Shown here: positions 1-10,745 of the stretch, in pieces
Numbering within the stretch: the first letter of the stretch is position 1
Layout: each line of letters opens with the position of its first letter
Assembly (NCBI GenBank): GCA_951813565.1
Contig: OX638351.1
Span: 3,904,001-3,968,000, forward strand
Length of the DNA: 64,000 nt
DNA from: an uncultured Poribacteria bacterium
GTDB taxonomy: Bacteria; Poribacteria; WGA-4E; WGA-3G
Direction: 5' to 3'
Notes under the pieces: model-generated
What the model saw: only the letters and a program-made list of their open reading frames with translations
Databases searched by the model: none
What the model was told of the DNA's origin: nothing
Made by a program: the position numbers and the translations under genes

Positions 1-448
1 ATGAAAATAGTAACTTACACAAACACTTTCGTGTTAAATACACTGGACACATGATGTGGGTAACCATTGTTGTATAAGTTCAACTGTAATAATTTTGCTC
101 AGTAATTCACCTCAAATAATTTCCTCTGTTGTGGCAGAGAATTTTGTGGCTCTCAACTCTTGTGTGAACACAGAATTTAAGCAAATATAAAATCTCAACC
201 TTCAATAGCGAATTTTCGGGCGGTTAACATCCTACCCAATTCGGAGTAATTATACAAAAAGTGCCAATTCTGATCAAGTGTTTTTTATGTAAAGTTTTTC
301 AAAGTCTAAACCAACTTATTGTAGGACGAAATCAACTCTAAATGTGCGTATGGCATTCAACGATTCCCTATGCCTGCCCTACGTAGAAAACTCTACCGAT
401 CCTTGACAACTTGAACCTGTGAAACAAAATATCTACTTACCCTCAGAA

Positions 449-879
449 CAGGGTTATTTAGTTTTCGCTTTTTCTGGCGTATTTCATCACAACGTTAATG
501 TTTTATAGCAGCATTGTGGTCGGGTTTCGCTATCACCCTATCCATAGCCTCAACTTAGAAAAAAGATGTGCGATGCAAAGTAGTAGGCACACGCCGGGGA
601 ATGCCATAAGGCATTCATACCCGGTGAATGACTAAAGACGAATGCACTTGGTAGAATACGCTTTTGGTATTCTACATGATTCGCCATGATTCATACCGTT
701 GATTTCTTGATTTGGCGCATGCTGCGTTGATTTGGCTGAATCATGCGGAATACCAAAAGCGTATTCCGCCAAAAGGCATTCATAGCGTTGATTTATGGGT
801 TTCGCAAGCTCTACCCGACGGACGATATAAACTCACAGTAAAACTCAGTAACTGATAATTCTTAAAACTAAATAACCCT
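449..879. mobile_element. ISAs1-type MITE containing REP remnants and stacked micro-elements
   Basis: Ends CAGGGTTATTTAGTTTT (449) and AAAACTAAATAACCCT (864-879); 10-bp direct repeat ACCCTCAGAA at 439-448 and 880-889; ends match the ISAs1 TIR at 8511/9772. Confidence 0.8.
596..795. repeat. Nested stack of 28-35 nt hairpin micro-elements
   Basis: Repeated GAATGCC-loop-GCATTCATA(C/G)CGTTGATT, GCATGCTGCGTTGATT and GAATAC-GCTTTTG-GTATTC-CATG units, the same families as at 27374-27510 and 28821. Confidence 0.8.
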
Positions 880-994
880 ACCCTCAGAAAACAACTTCTT
901 GAAATTAACGGCAATATCTGATATAATGATAATATCAACTTCCCAATGGTATAGAAAAGCAATCATCAGGATAGGTAACACAGGAGACAACATC

Positions 995-3211
995 ATGAAT
1001 CGTTTTGAAAGAAAACAACGTTCACTGAATGCCTGCTTGATTGCTGGGATCGTTCATCTCTGCCTGGCTATCTTTTTAACATTTTTCTATTACACACGAG
1101 TTGCTAATGACTTTGAAGATGTTGTCGGTGTGGAATTTGTAGATATGAATGACCCCACCAAACAGAAACGCCGACTAAAACGTCCCCCACCCAAGCAGAT
1201 GCTTACGCCAAAACAGACGAAATCGTTAACCGCGGGACGCCCGAAACATGTAGCCTTAACCGCATCTTCTAATTTAATCGATGAAACCGTTCGCCCCTCC
1301 GAGAAGATTCTTATGCATAATGCTACAGAAACTATTTCTGAAACAGCGAAACAACTTCCTGATGTAACAACAGACACCCGAGAGATAAATAGTCGCACAG
1401 CATCAATCGCTAAATCTGTTACAAGCCCCTTCGAAATTACCTCTGGCGCGGGCAAAGAAAGCCTACGACAACGGGTTAAAGGTGATGGTGAAAGCGGATT
1501 TCACAGACTGGAGACAACCGGTGCTGCCGAAATTGGGCCTATTGGTGAGGGAATTGGGTTGGGTGGAGACGGTGGAAGTGGAAAAGGAATGGGCACCATG
1601 GACGCTTCTAACCCATTTGCTAAAGCACTCAAGCAAATTGCTGACCATATTATTGCTACTCGGACACTTGATAAAGTTAATGTAGTCTTTGTGCTTGATA
1701 CAAGTGCAAGCATGGGCGATAACATCCAACAGGTTGCCGAAAACCTATTTAGTATGACAGATGCATTCGATCTCGTCAATCTGGAATATCATTTGGGAAT
1801 GTCTGAATTCAGTGTTCGGGAAGGTGGACAAGAGCTTGAAACCCGATCTCTTGCCCCTGATGTGGGTTACCTCCGGCGTCGTATGCAAAAAGTAAAGCTG
1901 AGTGGAGATGAAAATGCGCTTGACGCGCTTATAGACACGTTGAATTTTATGGATTTTCACGCCGATGCAGACAAACACTTAATCTTGGTTACAGATGAAC
2001 CAGCAACAACAAGTATGAGAGAAGAAGGCGCATCCGAAACGGTGCAAGCGAAAGTGATTGATCAGTCTCAAATAGAGGATATTCACGTTAACGTTCTCGG
2101 ATTTCCCGAACCTTTTCAGCAGGAATTAGCTACTACTACAGGTGGCGTATGGCAGCAAATTCCGGGTAGCGTCTATAACCCTGCTGCTCTCCCAACTAAT
2201 CGCGCTGGAAACCAAAAATTTCTCAAAGTTTTCCGAGATATTGCTACTGATATTCGGAAGGGCGGTGCCAAAAAGTATTTTAGCCTTGATTTGAAGTTTG
2301 ATATGCCTGTTGAAGATGGGGAGATTCCTTTAGATAAATTACAACAAACATTCAAGGAAAACAGGGTTGGGTTGAAAAATTACACCTTTCGCTCTGAAAA
2401 TGCAACGGTTTTAGATAACAATCATAACGGTTTGTGGGTAATTACTGACAGAAAGAACAAGCAAATTTATGGCATATACAGAATTGAAAATAGATTAGAC
2501 GTTTATGCGGGTATCTACCCAAAAAACTGGAACTTGGGTGAGAATCTTATTGCGCGGACCCAGCAACACGGCAAAAGGTGGGTGCTAACGCATTCTCGGA
2601 ATAACCAAATATACACATTCCTGAAAGATAAAAACCGCCTTAACGTTTACACTGGAGGACAACCAGGGACGGCTTCCAATAATGCTGCAGAACCAATTGT
2701 AGACATTATGGTGATGTTAGACTATAGTAGGAGTATGGGCGGAAAGTCGCAAGCGGTCATGCTTGGCTTAAGCACGCTCATTGGTCGATTATCAATTTTA
2801 CCGATTAAATATCGGATTGGACTCATCCGTTTTGCTGAAGCAAAAGATGCTATTAAAGCTGTTGATGGTATCGTCGTGTCTCAGATGCCGCTTAATGAAG
2901 TTTTGATAGACAGTCTTATGGAAGCCCCATTTGGTGGTGATGAACATCTTATTGACGCTATTGTTGATGGAGTGCCTCAGGTAAAATTTAGCCCTTATGC
3001 AAGTCGATTCCTACTTATTTTAACTGATGAACCTACTACAGGAAAATATCCTGCAGAGCAAGCATTGGAGCTATGTCAATCGTTAGGTATTACTGCCTAT
3101 GTCATCGGTCATCCGAATCCTAATGATTTTCAAACGACTCTTGCTACACAAACCGGAGGAATCTTTTTTATAATGCCTAAGTTTTTAGAGAAGGCATATC
3201 CAAACCAATAA
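995..3211 (+). CDS. Membrane-anchored protein with two VWA (vWF type A) domains
   Basis: AGGAG RBS before ATG 995; N-terminal TM helix; two MIDAS motifs [10 protein letters not shown] and [10 protein letters not shown], each followed by LILV/LTDEP. Confidence 0.85.
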   Translation: MNRFERKQRSLNACLIAGIVHLCLAIFLTFFYYTRVANDFEDVVGVEFVDMNDPTKQKRRLKRPPPKQMLTPKQTKSLTAGRPKHVALTASSNLIDETVRPSEKILMHNATETISETAKQLPDVTTDTREINSRTASIAKSVTSPFEITSGAGKESLRQRVKGDGESGFHRLETTGAAEIGPIGEGIGLGGDGGSGKGMGTMDASNPFAKALKQIADHIIATRTLDKVNVVFVLDTSASMGDNIQQVAENLFSMTDAFDLVNLEYHLGMSEFSVREGGQELETRSLAPDVGYLRRRMQKVKLSGDENALDALIDTLNFMDFHADADKHLILVTDEPATTSMREEGASETVQAKVIDQSQIEDIHVNVLGFPEPFQQELATTTGGVWQQIPGSVYNPAALPTNRAGNQKFLKVFRDIATDIRKGGAKKYFSLDLKFDMPVEDGEIPLDKLQQTFKENRVGLKNYTFRSENATVLDNNHNGLWVITDRKNKQIYGIYRIENRLDVYAGIYPKNWNLGENLIARTQQHGKRWVLTHSRNNQIYTFLKDKNRLNVYTGGQPGTASNNAAEPIVDIMVMLDYSRSMGGKSQAVMLGLSTLIGRLSILPIKYRIGLIRFAEAKDAIKAVDGIVVSQMPLNEVLIDSLMEAPFGGDEHLIDAIVDGVPQVKFSPYASRFLLILTDEPTTGKYPAEQALELCQSLGITAYVIGHPNPNDFQTTLATQTGGIFFIMPKFLEKAYPNQ

Positions 3212-3233
3212 CTTGACGAAAAGAGGTTATTTT

Positions 3234-3752
3234 ATGACGACATCAACAAGCACGCAACAACATCGGGAGATCGCTGCTGAAGGAGGTCCTGTATCAGTTG
3301 CTATTGTGACCGTAAGCGATTCGCGCACACCAAAAACAGACACAAATGCTGCATTTCTACGCGAACAACTTGAAGCAGAAGGAAACAGCGTAACAGCCTA
3401 TCAAATTATAAAAGATGAACCCGACCAAGTCTCTGATGTATTGGACAAAATGGCGGAAACAGACGCTCAGGTCATTTTATTTAACGGCGGAACCGGTATT
3501 GCACCGAGAGACACGACTTTTGACGTGCTTGACCGTAAATTAGAAAAGACGTTACCGGGATTTGGGGAACTCTTTCGGATGTTTAGCTACGATCAAGTCG
3601 GTGCTGCTGCAATGCTATCGCGTGCGACAGCGGGCGTCTATCGTGGAAAAGTAGTTATTTCTACACCAGGTTCAAATGCTGCTGTGCGGTTGGCGTGGGA
3701 AAAACTCATCGGACCAGAACTGCAACATTTGGCATGGGAGGTCGGGCGTTAA
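3234..3752 (+). CDS. moaB: Molybdenum cofactor biosynthesis protein B (MoaB/Mog family)
   Basis: [39 protein letters not shown] motifs. Confidence 0.9.
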   Translation: MTTSTSTQQHREIAAEGGPVSVAIVTVSDSRTPKTDTNAAFLREQLEAEGNSVTAYQIIKDEPDQVSDVLDKMAETDAQVILFNGGTGIAPRDTTFDVLDRKLEKTLPGFGELFRMFSYDQVGAAAMLSRATAGVYRGKVVISTPGSNAAVRLAWEKLIGPELQHLAWEVGR

Positions 3753-3780
3753 TTCACTAAACACCAATATTTTCTTTCTT

Positions 3781-3899
3781 GTAGGCGCGGTTTGAAACCG
3801 CGCCTTTTTTGTTTGAATCTTGGATTATTGGACTTCTTGTGGGAGCGCTTTGTAAGCGCGATTTTTGTGCATTGCATCGGCGTTGAAAACGCCTCCTAC
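3781..3899. repeat. GTAG/GTGG REP-like hairpins between convergent genes
   Basis: GTAGGCGCGGTTTGAAACCGCGCC followed by a T-run; GTGGGAGCGCTTTGTAAGCGC ... GGCGTTGAAAACGCCTCCTAC. Confidence 0.75.
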
Positions 3900-3940
3900 A
3901 ATAATTGTCGGGTTTCGGGACTTAACCTATGGACTATTTT

Positions 3941-4804
3941 TTACAACACCTCGCGGGTAAAGGTATACACCCCTCTCAACCACGACCCGTAATAGATACC
4001 ATTCGCATAACAGAAATAGATTGTCTTTAAACCGATTACGCAAATCAAGCAGAGGGATAGCACCGTAAGCAACCAATAATCCCACTTACCCGTCTGTGAA
4101 GTGCGTAAAGATGTCCGTTGCGTCGCGGTATCAGGAGAAAATCCACGACTTTCAACTGATTCGCCAAGGTTAGTTGCATGCCGAATGTTTCCTGCCAAGA
4201 TAGGTCGGAAACTATTGATAATACCCCGCGCGGAGGCAAACAGATTCAGCTGTAGGTAACGGAACCCCCGCAATCGCTGAGACCGAATGACAGCAGCAGC
4301 TTCACCTGCAATCACAGGAATGAAATGCAGCGCAGTTGTGACCATAAAGGCGAGTGCTCCCGGCACACGCAATTGTCCTAACGCGAGAAGAAGGTCACGA
4401 GGTTGTGTACTCCACACAATATAGCAACCGATGACAAGGGTAGTATTAAACCTCAGTGATTGAATGATACCGTGAAATAGACCTTCACGATAGATTCTAA
4501 TGCCGCCAGTCCATTCTCCGATGAGTGGAAACTCTGCTGGCACAAGCGTAATTAAAACTGTACGTGGAAATGCGTTGTAGAACATTCCTTGACTGTAAAT
4601 CAATCCCCACGTTGTAAAAAAGAGGAAAATGAGTAACAATCGGATTTGTCTTAAGGTCGGCATTGAAATAGCAATCAACACAAGGCTGGCAAGGAAACAT
4701 GTCAGCAACGCGGTTGGACTATCCAGCAGAATAACAAGACAACCACAAATCATCATGATGAGTATTTTTGTGCGGGATTCCAGTTTGATATTGTGTATCT
4801 CCAT
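3941..4804 (-). CDS. ECF transporter transmembrane (T) component, EcfT/CbiQ family
   Basis: Multi-TM protein with SQRLRG and VESRGF X-R-X motifs; downstream of the ECF ATPase. Confidence 0.88.
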   Translation of the reverse strand: MEIHNIKLESRTKILIMMICGCLVILLDSPTALLTCFLASLVLIAISMPTLRQIRLLLIFLFFTTWGLIYSQGMFYNAFPRTVLITLVPAEFPLIGEWTGGIRIYREGLFHGIIQSLRFNTTLVIGCYIVWSTQPRDLLLALGQLRVPGALAFMVTTALHFIPVIAGEAAAVIRSQRLRGFRYLQLNLFASARGIINSFRPILAGNIRHATNLGESVESRGFSPDTATQRTSLRTSQTGKWDYWLLTVLSLCLICVIGLKTIYFCYANGIYYGSWLRGVYTFTREVL

Positions 4805-4851
4805 TTTTCTTTCTTCTAATCTTGTGGGTGAAGTACAAAATGTATGGGTTT

Positions 4852-6372
4852 TCAAAATGCAAGTGAAGCTTGTTCAAGAAGTTTCGGATTAGCAAAAGCA
4901 CTATCAGGTGTGCCATCAAAAATCAGTTCACCTTCTTGCATCAACAGAACGCGGTCTGCATATTTCAAGGTGAGTTCTATGTTATGCGTTGTAAAAATGA
5001 GTGTTTTGCTTTCTTGGCGGATTTGATTGCAGAGCTCGTCCATCAAATGTTGAAGATGTTGCGCATCTTGACCTGTTGTAGGTTCATCAAGCAGGAATAT
5101 GTCGGGATGCAGCGAAAAGGTTGCAGCAACGGCAACGCGTTGCCGTTGCCCACGGGAAAGCGAATACGGCGCGTCTTCGGCAAAATCTGCTAACCTGAAT
5201 TGTACCAAAGTATCGGCTACTACGTTCTGGAGAATTTCAGGTTTCAACTTCAAATTCTTGGGACCAAATTCTACTTCACTCTTGACGGTTTCTGCCTGCA
5301 GCAACAGATCAGGATTCTGAAAGACAATTCCAACCTTTCCCGCTAACTGATGGAGTTTTCGACGTTTAGACATTTTTCCATCAATGGTAATTTCGCCTGA
5401 TGAAGGTTGAAGCAACCCTCCCATAAGATGGAGCAGCGTTGTTTTTCCAGACCCGTTTGCTCCCATAATAGCAATTATCTCCCTCCGCGACACTTTACAA
5501 GAGATAGCCTCTATCACATTCTTTTCACTGTTTGGATAACAAAAACTAATATCTTTGACGCTTAAGAGAGGATGGAATGAAGTTGTGTTCGGAGGAGGTT
5601 TTCGGTGAACAGAACTTGGTTGGTTGTCAGTTTCTGGCACTTCCACACCTAAACAACGAAAGACTGAAATGTCTTGAAATGCCTCTGCTTTCGGTAGGTC
5701 TAAACAGAGTTGCCCTTCGTGCATGAGCCAAACACGGTTGCACAATGGGGCGACCTCTTTAACACGATGTGTTGCCAACACAACTGTAATACCGATTTCA
5801 GTATTGAGTTGCTTAACAATGTTAAGGATGTCACGCGTTGCCCGTGGGTCAAGATGGCTTGTCGGTTCATCAAGAAGCAAGACTTGTGGTTGCATCGCAC
5901 AGATAGAGGCGAGAGCAACACGTTGCTTTTCCCCACCTGAAAGTTCTGAAATCCGTCTACCCTCAAATCCGATCAAACCCACCTGTTCTAATGCTGAAGC
6001 GATTCGTTTTTTGATCTTTTCAGGCGGAAAGCAAAGGTTTTCAAGCCCAAAAGCGATTTCATCTTCTACCAGTGTGCAAAAAAGTTGATCATCGGGATTT
6101 TGGAAGAGTAGAGCAACCTGTTGACACGTTCCTGCAAGCGATTGAGTGGCAACGTTTTCGTTGTTAACGCGGACAGCACCCGTCAATGTTCCAGAAGAAG
6201 CATGCGGAATCAAACCGTTTATGGTTCGTAGTAACGTGGTTTTACCGCACCCTGTTGGTCCTGTTAGCAGTACAAAATCACTTGGGAAAATCTCGGCATT
6301 GATGCTGTGAAGTGTGGGTATTTCGCGACTCGGATAGGTGAAGGAGAGATTCTCTATCTGAATTGGCACCAT
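4852..6372 (-). CDS. ECF transporter ATPase with two fused ABC domains
   Basis: Walker A GPTGCGKTT and GANGSGKTT; FQNPD Q-loops; LSGGEKQR and LSRGQRQR; LLDEPT twice. Confidence 0.92.
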   Translation of the reverse strand: MVPIQIENLSFTYPSREIPTLHSINAEIFPSDFVLLTGPTGCGKTTLLRTINGLIPHASSGTLTGAVRVNNENVATQSLAGTCQQVALLFQNPDDQLFCTLVEDEIAFGLENLCFPPEKIKKRIASALEQVGLIGFEGRRISELSGGEKQRVALASICAMQPQVLLLDEPTSHLDPRATRDILNIVKQLNTEIGITVVLATHRVKEVAPLCNRVWLMHEGQLCLDLPKAEAFQDISVFRCLGVEVPETDNQPSSVHRKPPPNTTSFHPLLSVKDISFCYPNSEKNVIEAISCKVSRREIIAIMGANGSGKTTLLHLMGGLLQPSSGEITIDGKMSKRRKLHQLAGKVGIVFQNPDLLLQAETVKSEVEFGPKNLKLKPEILQNVVADTLVQFRLADFAEDAPYSLSRGQRQRVAVAATFSLHPDIFLLDEPTTGQDAQHLQHLMDELCNQIRQESKTLIFTTHNIELTLKYADRVLLMQEGELIFDGTPDSAFANPKLLEQASLAF

Positions 6373-6390
6373 AGAAATAAATGATTGCCA

Positions 6391-8379
6391 TCAGTTATGT
6401 TGCAATTCTTCAATTTGTACTGGCATAAAACCGAAGAGCTGTTCTAAATGTCGAGTAACAGATTCTTGGAATGCATCGCATGTTCCCTGAACGTTCTGCT
6501 TGAAATCATCGTGGAGTTGCGCCTGTTGTGCGCTAACACGTGCAAAGAGATTACTGAGATAGGTTTGTAACTCACCCAGACGTTCACTTTGTGCTTTCGC
6601 AAAAGCAGCAACCGCTTCCTTGAAAGCAGTCAATTCTGCCTCTAAATACTCCTTAAACATAGATTTTTGGAAATTTTCGAGGGCACTATGTGCATCGTAG
6701 CGAAAGTCTTTATGGATAGATTCGTATTCTGACTTTACTCTCACACAAAGTTGGCGCGTGTATTTCTGAATTTCCTGCATCCGATCACCTTGCGCATGTG
6801 CAAATTGCGAAATTTTCGCTTTAAACGAATCCATTTCTCCTGACAAAAACGTCCTAAAATCTTCGACTGCGACAGTATGCCGTGTAATTTTCTCCAGATG
6901 ATACCCCATCACTGCTAATCGGACCGCTTCAGGAAACATCCTACGATCATGTTTAATCACTTTCGCCAAAAATTTCGCGTACTCCAATCCTTGTTTGGAG
7001 AAGAGTTGTCGCTGGATTGATAGAAAAAACGCGCGTACTTCCTCTTTGCGAATAGGTCTCACGTTATGTCGGGTGTATGGCCTGTGTTGAAGCATTTTAA
7101 AACAACGCTCAAAATAGTTCTTCAAAGTTGGATCGTAAAGCGTAGAAATTACACGTCGATATTCTTTAATAAGTTTCTCGCGTGGCATTTCTGGCACGAA
7201 ATTCAGACTCATATCTGTATTGTTGCCGCTTGATTCTATAAGCAGTCGGTCTTCCTTTTTCAATCTGTGCCAAAGGTCTGTTTCTTTTAGGGCGGTCAAC
7301 AATCCAGCCATCGCCATCGGAATTCCTGCTTCCTGAATGAAATTGATGTGTGAATCAAACTCGGTATCGCCATCAAGACCGATAATAAAGCCACCAGTGA
7401 CTTCCATTCCTTTATGCTGAATTTTTCTGATTGCATGCAATAGGTAACTTCCCGCGTCTTCTTCTTTACTTGTGTTTTGCCCTTTAGAAGTCGTAATTAG
7501 TGCTTCTTCATTTGGCGTTTCAATACCGAGAAATACCATATTAAACCCTGCAATACTCATCGCATCCAGCATTTCAGGGATTTCAACAAGGTTTACACTC
7601 GCTTCGGTATAGAGCGAAAACGGGAAATCGCGTTCTTCTTGCCACTCTTTTACTGCTGGCAGTAAACGCATTGCATCGCGTTTGTTCCCGATAAAGTTGT
7701 CATCAACAACAAACATTGCGCCTTCCCAACCGAGTTTATACAGCATCTCAAATTCAGCAAGCATCTGTTCATTGGTTTTGGTACGTGGGACGCGTCCGAA
7801 CAGTTTGGTAATATCGCAAAATTCGCAGTTAAAGGGGCATCCACGAGAAAATTGCAGTGCCATTGACCCGTAAGCATTTATATCAATTAGGTCGTATCGG
7901 GGTGGCGGTGTCTTTGTAATATCCGGTTTTCGCTGTTCACGATATACTTCTGTTGCAGATCCACTCTCAAAATCTGTTAAAAAGTCTTCAAAAATCTCTT
8001 CGACCTCACCAAAAAGGAAATGATTTACTGTTCCATCACATTCTTCTTTGATGTTATCGTAGTAGGATGTCGGATGAGGTCCACCTGCAATAATTGGCAC
8101 TTCGGCACCATTGCATCTTTCTACAACATCATACAGCGATGCTTTTTGAACGATCATCGTTGATGTTAACACCATATCTGCCCAATCAAGATGAGCATCT
8201 GTCAAGGTTTCAATGTTCATATCGACGACTTTTAAGTTATAATTATTAGGAAACATTCCAGCGATAGTCAATAATCCGAGAGGAGGCATTGATGATTTTT
8301 TACCGAGGAATTCTAAGGCGTATTTAAAACCCCAATATGATGGCGGGAACTTCGGATAAACGAACAATGCGTTTGGCAT
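6391..8379 (-). CDS. B12-binding radical SAM protein (DUF4070-type) with C-terminal helical repeat extension
   Basis: MPPLGLLT and AGGPHPT cobalamin-binding region; SRGCPFNCEFC CxxxCxxC; VDDNF; LGIET. Confidence 0.9.
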   Translation of the reverse strand: MPNALFVYPKFPPSYWGFKYALEFLGKKSSMPPLGLLTIAGMFPNNYNLKVVDMNIETLTDAHLDWADMVLTSTMIVQKASLYDVVERCNGAEVPIIAGGPHPTSYYDNIKEECDGTVNHFLFGEVEEIFEDFLTDFESGSATEVYREQRKPDITKTPPPRYDLIDINAYGSMALQFSRGCPFNCEFCDITKLFGRVPRTKTNEQMLAEFEMLYKLGWEGAMFVVDDNFIGNKRDAMRLLPAVKEWQEERDFPFSLYTEASVNLVEIPEMLDAMSIAGFNMVFLGIETPNEEALITTSKGQNTSKEEDAGSYLLHAIRKIQHKGMEVTGGFIIGLDGDTEFDSHINFIQEAGIPMAMAGLLTALKETDLWHRLKKEDRLLIESSGNNTDMSLNFVPEMPREKLIKEYRRVISTLYDPTLKNYFERCFKMLQHRPYTRHNVRPIRKEEVRAFFLSIQRQLFSKQGLEYAKFLAKVIKHDRRMFPEAVRLAVMGYHLEKITRHTVAVEDFRTFLSGEMDSFKAKISQFAHAQGDRMQEIQKYTRQLCVRVKSEYESIHKDFRYDAHSALENFQKSMFKEYLEAELTAFKEAVAAFAKAQSERLGELQTYLSNLFARVSAQQAQLHDDFKQNVQGTCDAFQESVTRHLEQLFGFMPVQIEELQHN

Positions 8380-8464
8380 AATATGTATCTAACTCCTTGT
8401 GGGCAAACATTCATGCCCTCTGCCAAAAACCGTAAAAATAGAAAATATAATTGCTCAATTAAGT

Positions 8465-8493
8465 ATTATACCACAATTCACCTTAAATGTCAA
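8465..8493 (-). promoter_or_regulatory. Sigma70-type promoter of the radical SAM/ECF operon
   Basis: TTGACA-17 nt-TATAAT, perfect consensus with extended TG, on the minus strand. Confidence 0.75.
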
Positions 8494-8510
8494 ATAATTC
8501 GGGTTTGCGA

Positions 8511-9772
8511 CAAAGTTATTCAGTTTTATAAATTCTTATTTTATCATGTTAACTGCGAGTTTAGGTTTTGAAGCGAGATATTTGATTGTATCAGAAATAG
8601 CTGTATACCCTGCAAATCGTCCTACCGATAATGCTGTATTACGATTTGCTGCCATGACTTGTGGTATAGAACCGCATCGGACAGGCGAGGCATCTTCTAC
8701 AAGCACCGTCCCCCGCATCCAGTGCAACTTGTTCTCTATTGACCAATGTCCACGCCGTCCAGTCAGTAAGCGTTCGGCAGATGCTGCTGCGGGATTTAGA
8801 CTTGTTATACCATAGTGGACTTTGTGTGTTTCTTCTTGTGTGTTCAGACTTTTGTCCGTCCAATGATATTGGATCACTTGTGCTATCCCTGGCCAGTCCA
8901 GATACGCATTGAGACTTGTGCTTGCTTTGGGACACCTTGTCTCAAGTCTACCATGTGATTTTTCAACTGTCTCGTAAATGTGGATCGGTTTTCCTAAAAC
9001 AGGGTGTGTTGTCTCCTCAGAAAGTGTGTCAGGAACGTCTTGAAAAAGTTTGTCAATCGCATCTAAAAGGTGAGGTTGGTTGTCTTTGACAGGGAGCACA
9101 TAGTCGCCTTCACGCTCTATGATGGCGTGGCAGAAAGTTCGCTGTGTCAAAAGCGCATCCGGGGAATGCCAAACGCGCATTCGGACCGTTGATTTGGTTG
9201 TGATGACTTTACCCCTCACATCAAAGGTCTTGAGGATCTCTGTTGAGATCGGTATTTCGTTGGTTTTGTTGCTAACACTTTGCTGTGTGAGGGTAGCCCC
9301 TAACTCATGCGAAACGACAGAGAGCAAGTGGCTTATTATCGCACCACTTTTTGGGAGGCACGCATCGTTTTGCCATCTATAGCGACTGCGTCAAGGCATC
9401 CTGTCAAATCCGGACGACTTCTAACACGGTGTTTACCCATTGTGTCAGGGTTTCTTCTAATGCCTCAATATCTAACTTTTTCAATAGATTATGGATAGTT
9501 GAAGCACAAGGTGTTATCTTCTTTGTGAAATCGAGTGCTGGTTGTGAGCGGGCCCAAATAGCGATAGATGTCGTTTCCCTTTATTCTTGCGGGATCTGAA
9601 AGTTTTGCTAACATATCTATTAAGTGGCAAGATTTTCTTCTTGTCATTATTCACCTCAAAATAGGTCGTTTTAAGGTGAACTATAGCAGATATGGTGTAA
9701 AAAAACACGCTATATCTGCTTTTCATAAAAAATAAACACTTGTGAAAAAATTTCGAAAACTGAATAACTCTG
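8511..9772 (-). mobile_element. ISAs1-family insertion sequence (decayed)
   Basis: 24-bp TIRs CAAAGTTATTCAGTTTTATAAATT and CAGAGTTATTCAGTTTTCGAAATT; internal ISAs1 transposase; no TSD visible. Confidence 0.85.
8536..9647 (-). pseudogene. ISAs1 transposase, frameshifted
   Basis: KTNEIP, DALLTQ, DYVLPVKDNQ, EKSHGRLETR, RGHWSIENKLHW motifs in 8536-9327; the N-terminal part (ATG 9647 after GAGG) is broken by frameshifts. Confidence 0.85.
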
Positions 9773-9912
9773 ATTCTAAAATGTATGGATTGAATATTAA
9801 AAGGAATTCGGCTAAAATACTGTTAAAAAAGCGAATTATAGGCACAACAAATTACTGACATAGATATTATTTAACAGATTGTGCCTTGTACACAGTCAAA
9901 ACAGGATTTAAC

Positions 9913-10707
9913 ATGCAAAACACGAAACCCCGACAATATTGGGAAGATTACGCATCACGATTTAAAAATAGGAGTTTAGTAGAAGCGTACGAGTTCCGAC
10001 CTCCCTATCCAGAGGAGACTTATAAGATACTTTTAAGTTTGTTGGGAGAATCGCGAGGGAGAGTGTTAGACGTCGGATGTGGTACAGGGAAGATTGCACG
10101 CTCGCTTGTCAATCACGTAGACGGTGTTGATGCAGTTGACTTCTCACAGGAAATGATTCGCGTAGGAAAGTCGCTCTCCAATGGCAATCATCCAAACCTC
10201 CGATGGATCAATGGACGTGTTGAAGATGTTCAGTTGTATCCACCCTACTGCATGGTAACAGCTGGAGCAAGTATTCACTGGATGGAGTGGGACGTAGTTT
10301 TTCCAAAATTCGAGGATGTGTTGACAACAGATGGCTATCTCGTAATCATTAACGGAGATCGTCCAATTGGAGCGCCTTGGCATGACGCAGAACTTTCATT
10401 GATCCGCAAGTATTCTACTAACAAGCACTATAAGCAGATTGATCTGGTTCAAGAACTCGCGGATAGGAGACACATACACCTGATTGGAGATAAACGGATA
10501 AAACCGGTTAACTTCTCGCAACCGCTGACAGACTATGTTCAATCATTTCATTCAAGACAAAGTATGTCCAAGGAGGACATGGGAGAAGAAAACGTCAGAA
10601 ACTTTGATGCTAAATTATCCCAAATCTTGAGCAACTTTGTTGATACTGACGGATTCCTTAGTTTTCAATTAGAAACAAGGGTGACTTGGGGTAGACCTTT
10701 GAGATAA
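9913..10707 (+). CDS. Class I SAM-dependent methyltransferase
   Basis: VLDVGCGTG motif I; RPPYP; VDFSQEM; ASIHWM. Confidence 0.9.
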   Translation: MQNTKPRQYWEDYASRFKNRSLVEAYEFRPPYPEETYKILLSLLGESRGRVLDVGCGTGKIARSLVNHVDGVDAVDFSQEMIRVGKSLSNGNHPNLRWINGRVEDVQLYPPYCMVTAGASIHWMEWDVVFPKFEDVLTTDGYLVIINGDRPIGAPWHDAELSLIRKYSTNKHYKQIDLVQELADRRHIHLIGDKRIKPVNFSQPLTDYVQSFHSRQSMSKEDMGEENVRNFDAKLSQILSNFVDTDGFLSFQLETRVTWGRPLR

Positions 10708-10745
10708 GACGAAGAATTATACATCAACCCATGTCCAGAATGAGA

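Noticed and set aside
200..250. Hairpin GGGCGG..CTACCC near the window start as a riboswitch
   Set aside because: Too short, no recognisable aptamer consensus, and the linked gene is outside the window
596..795. Possible CRISPR array from recurring GTTGATT units (also 27374-27510)
   Set aside because: No constant repeat-spacer period, units are nested and in both orientations, and no cas genes are present
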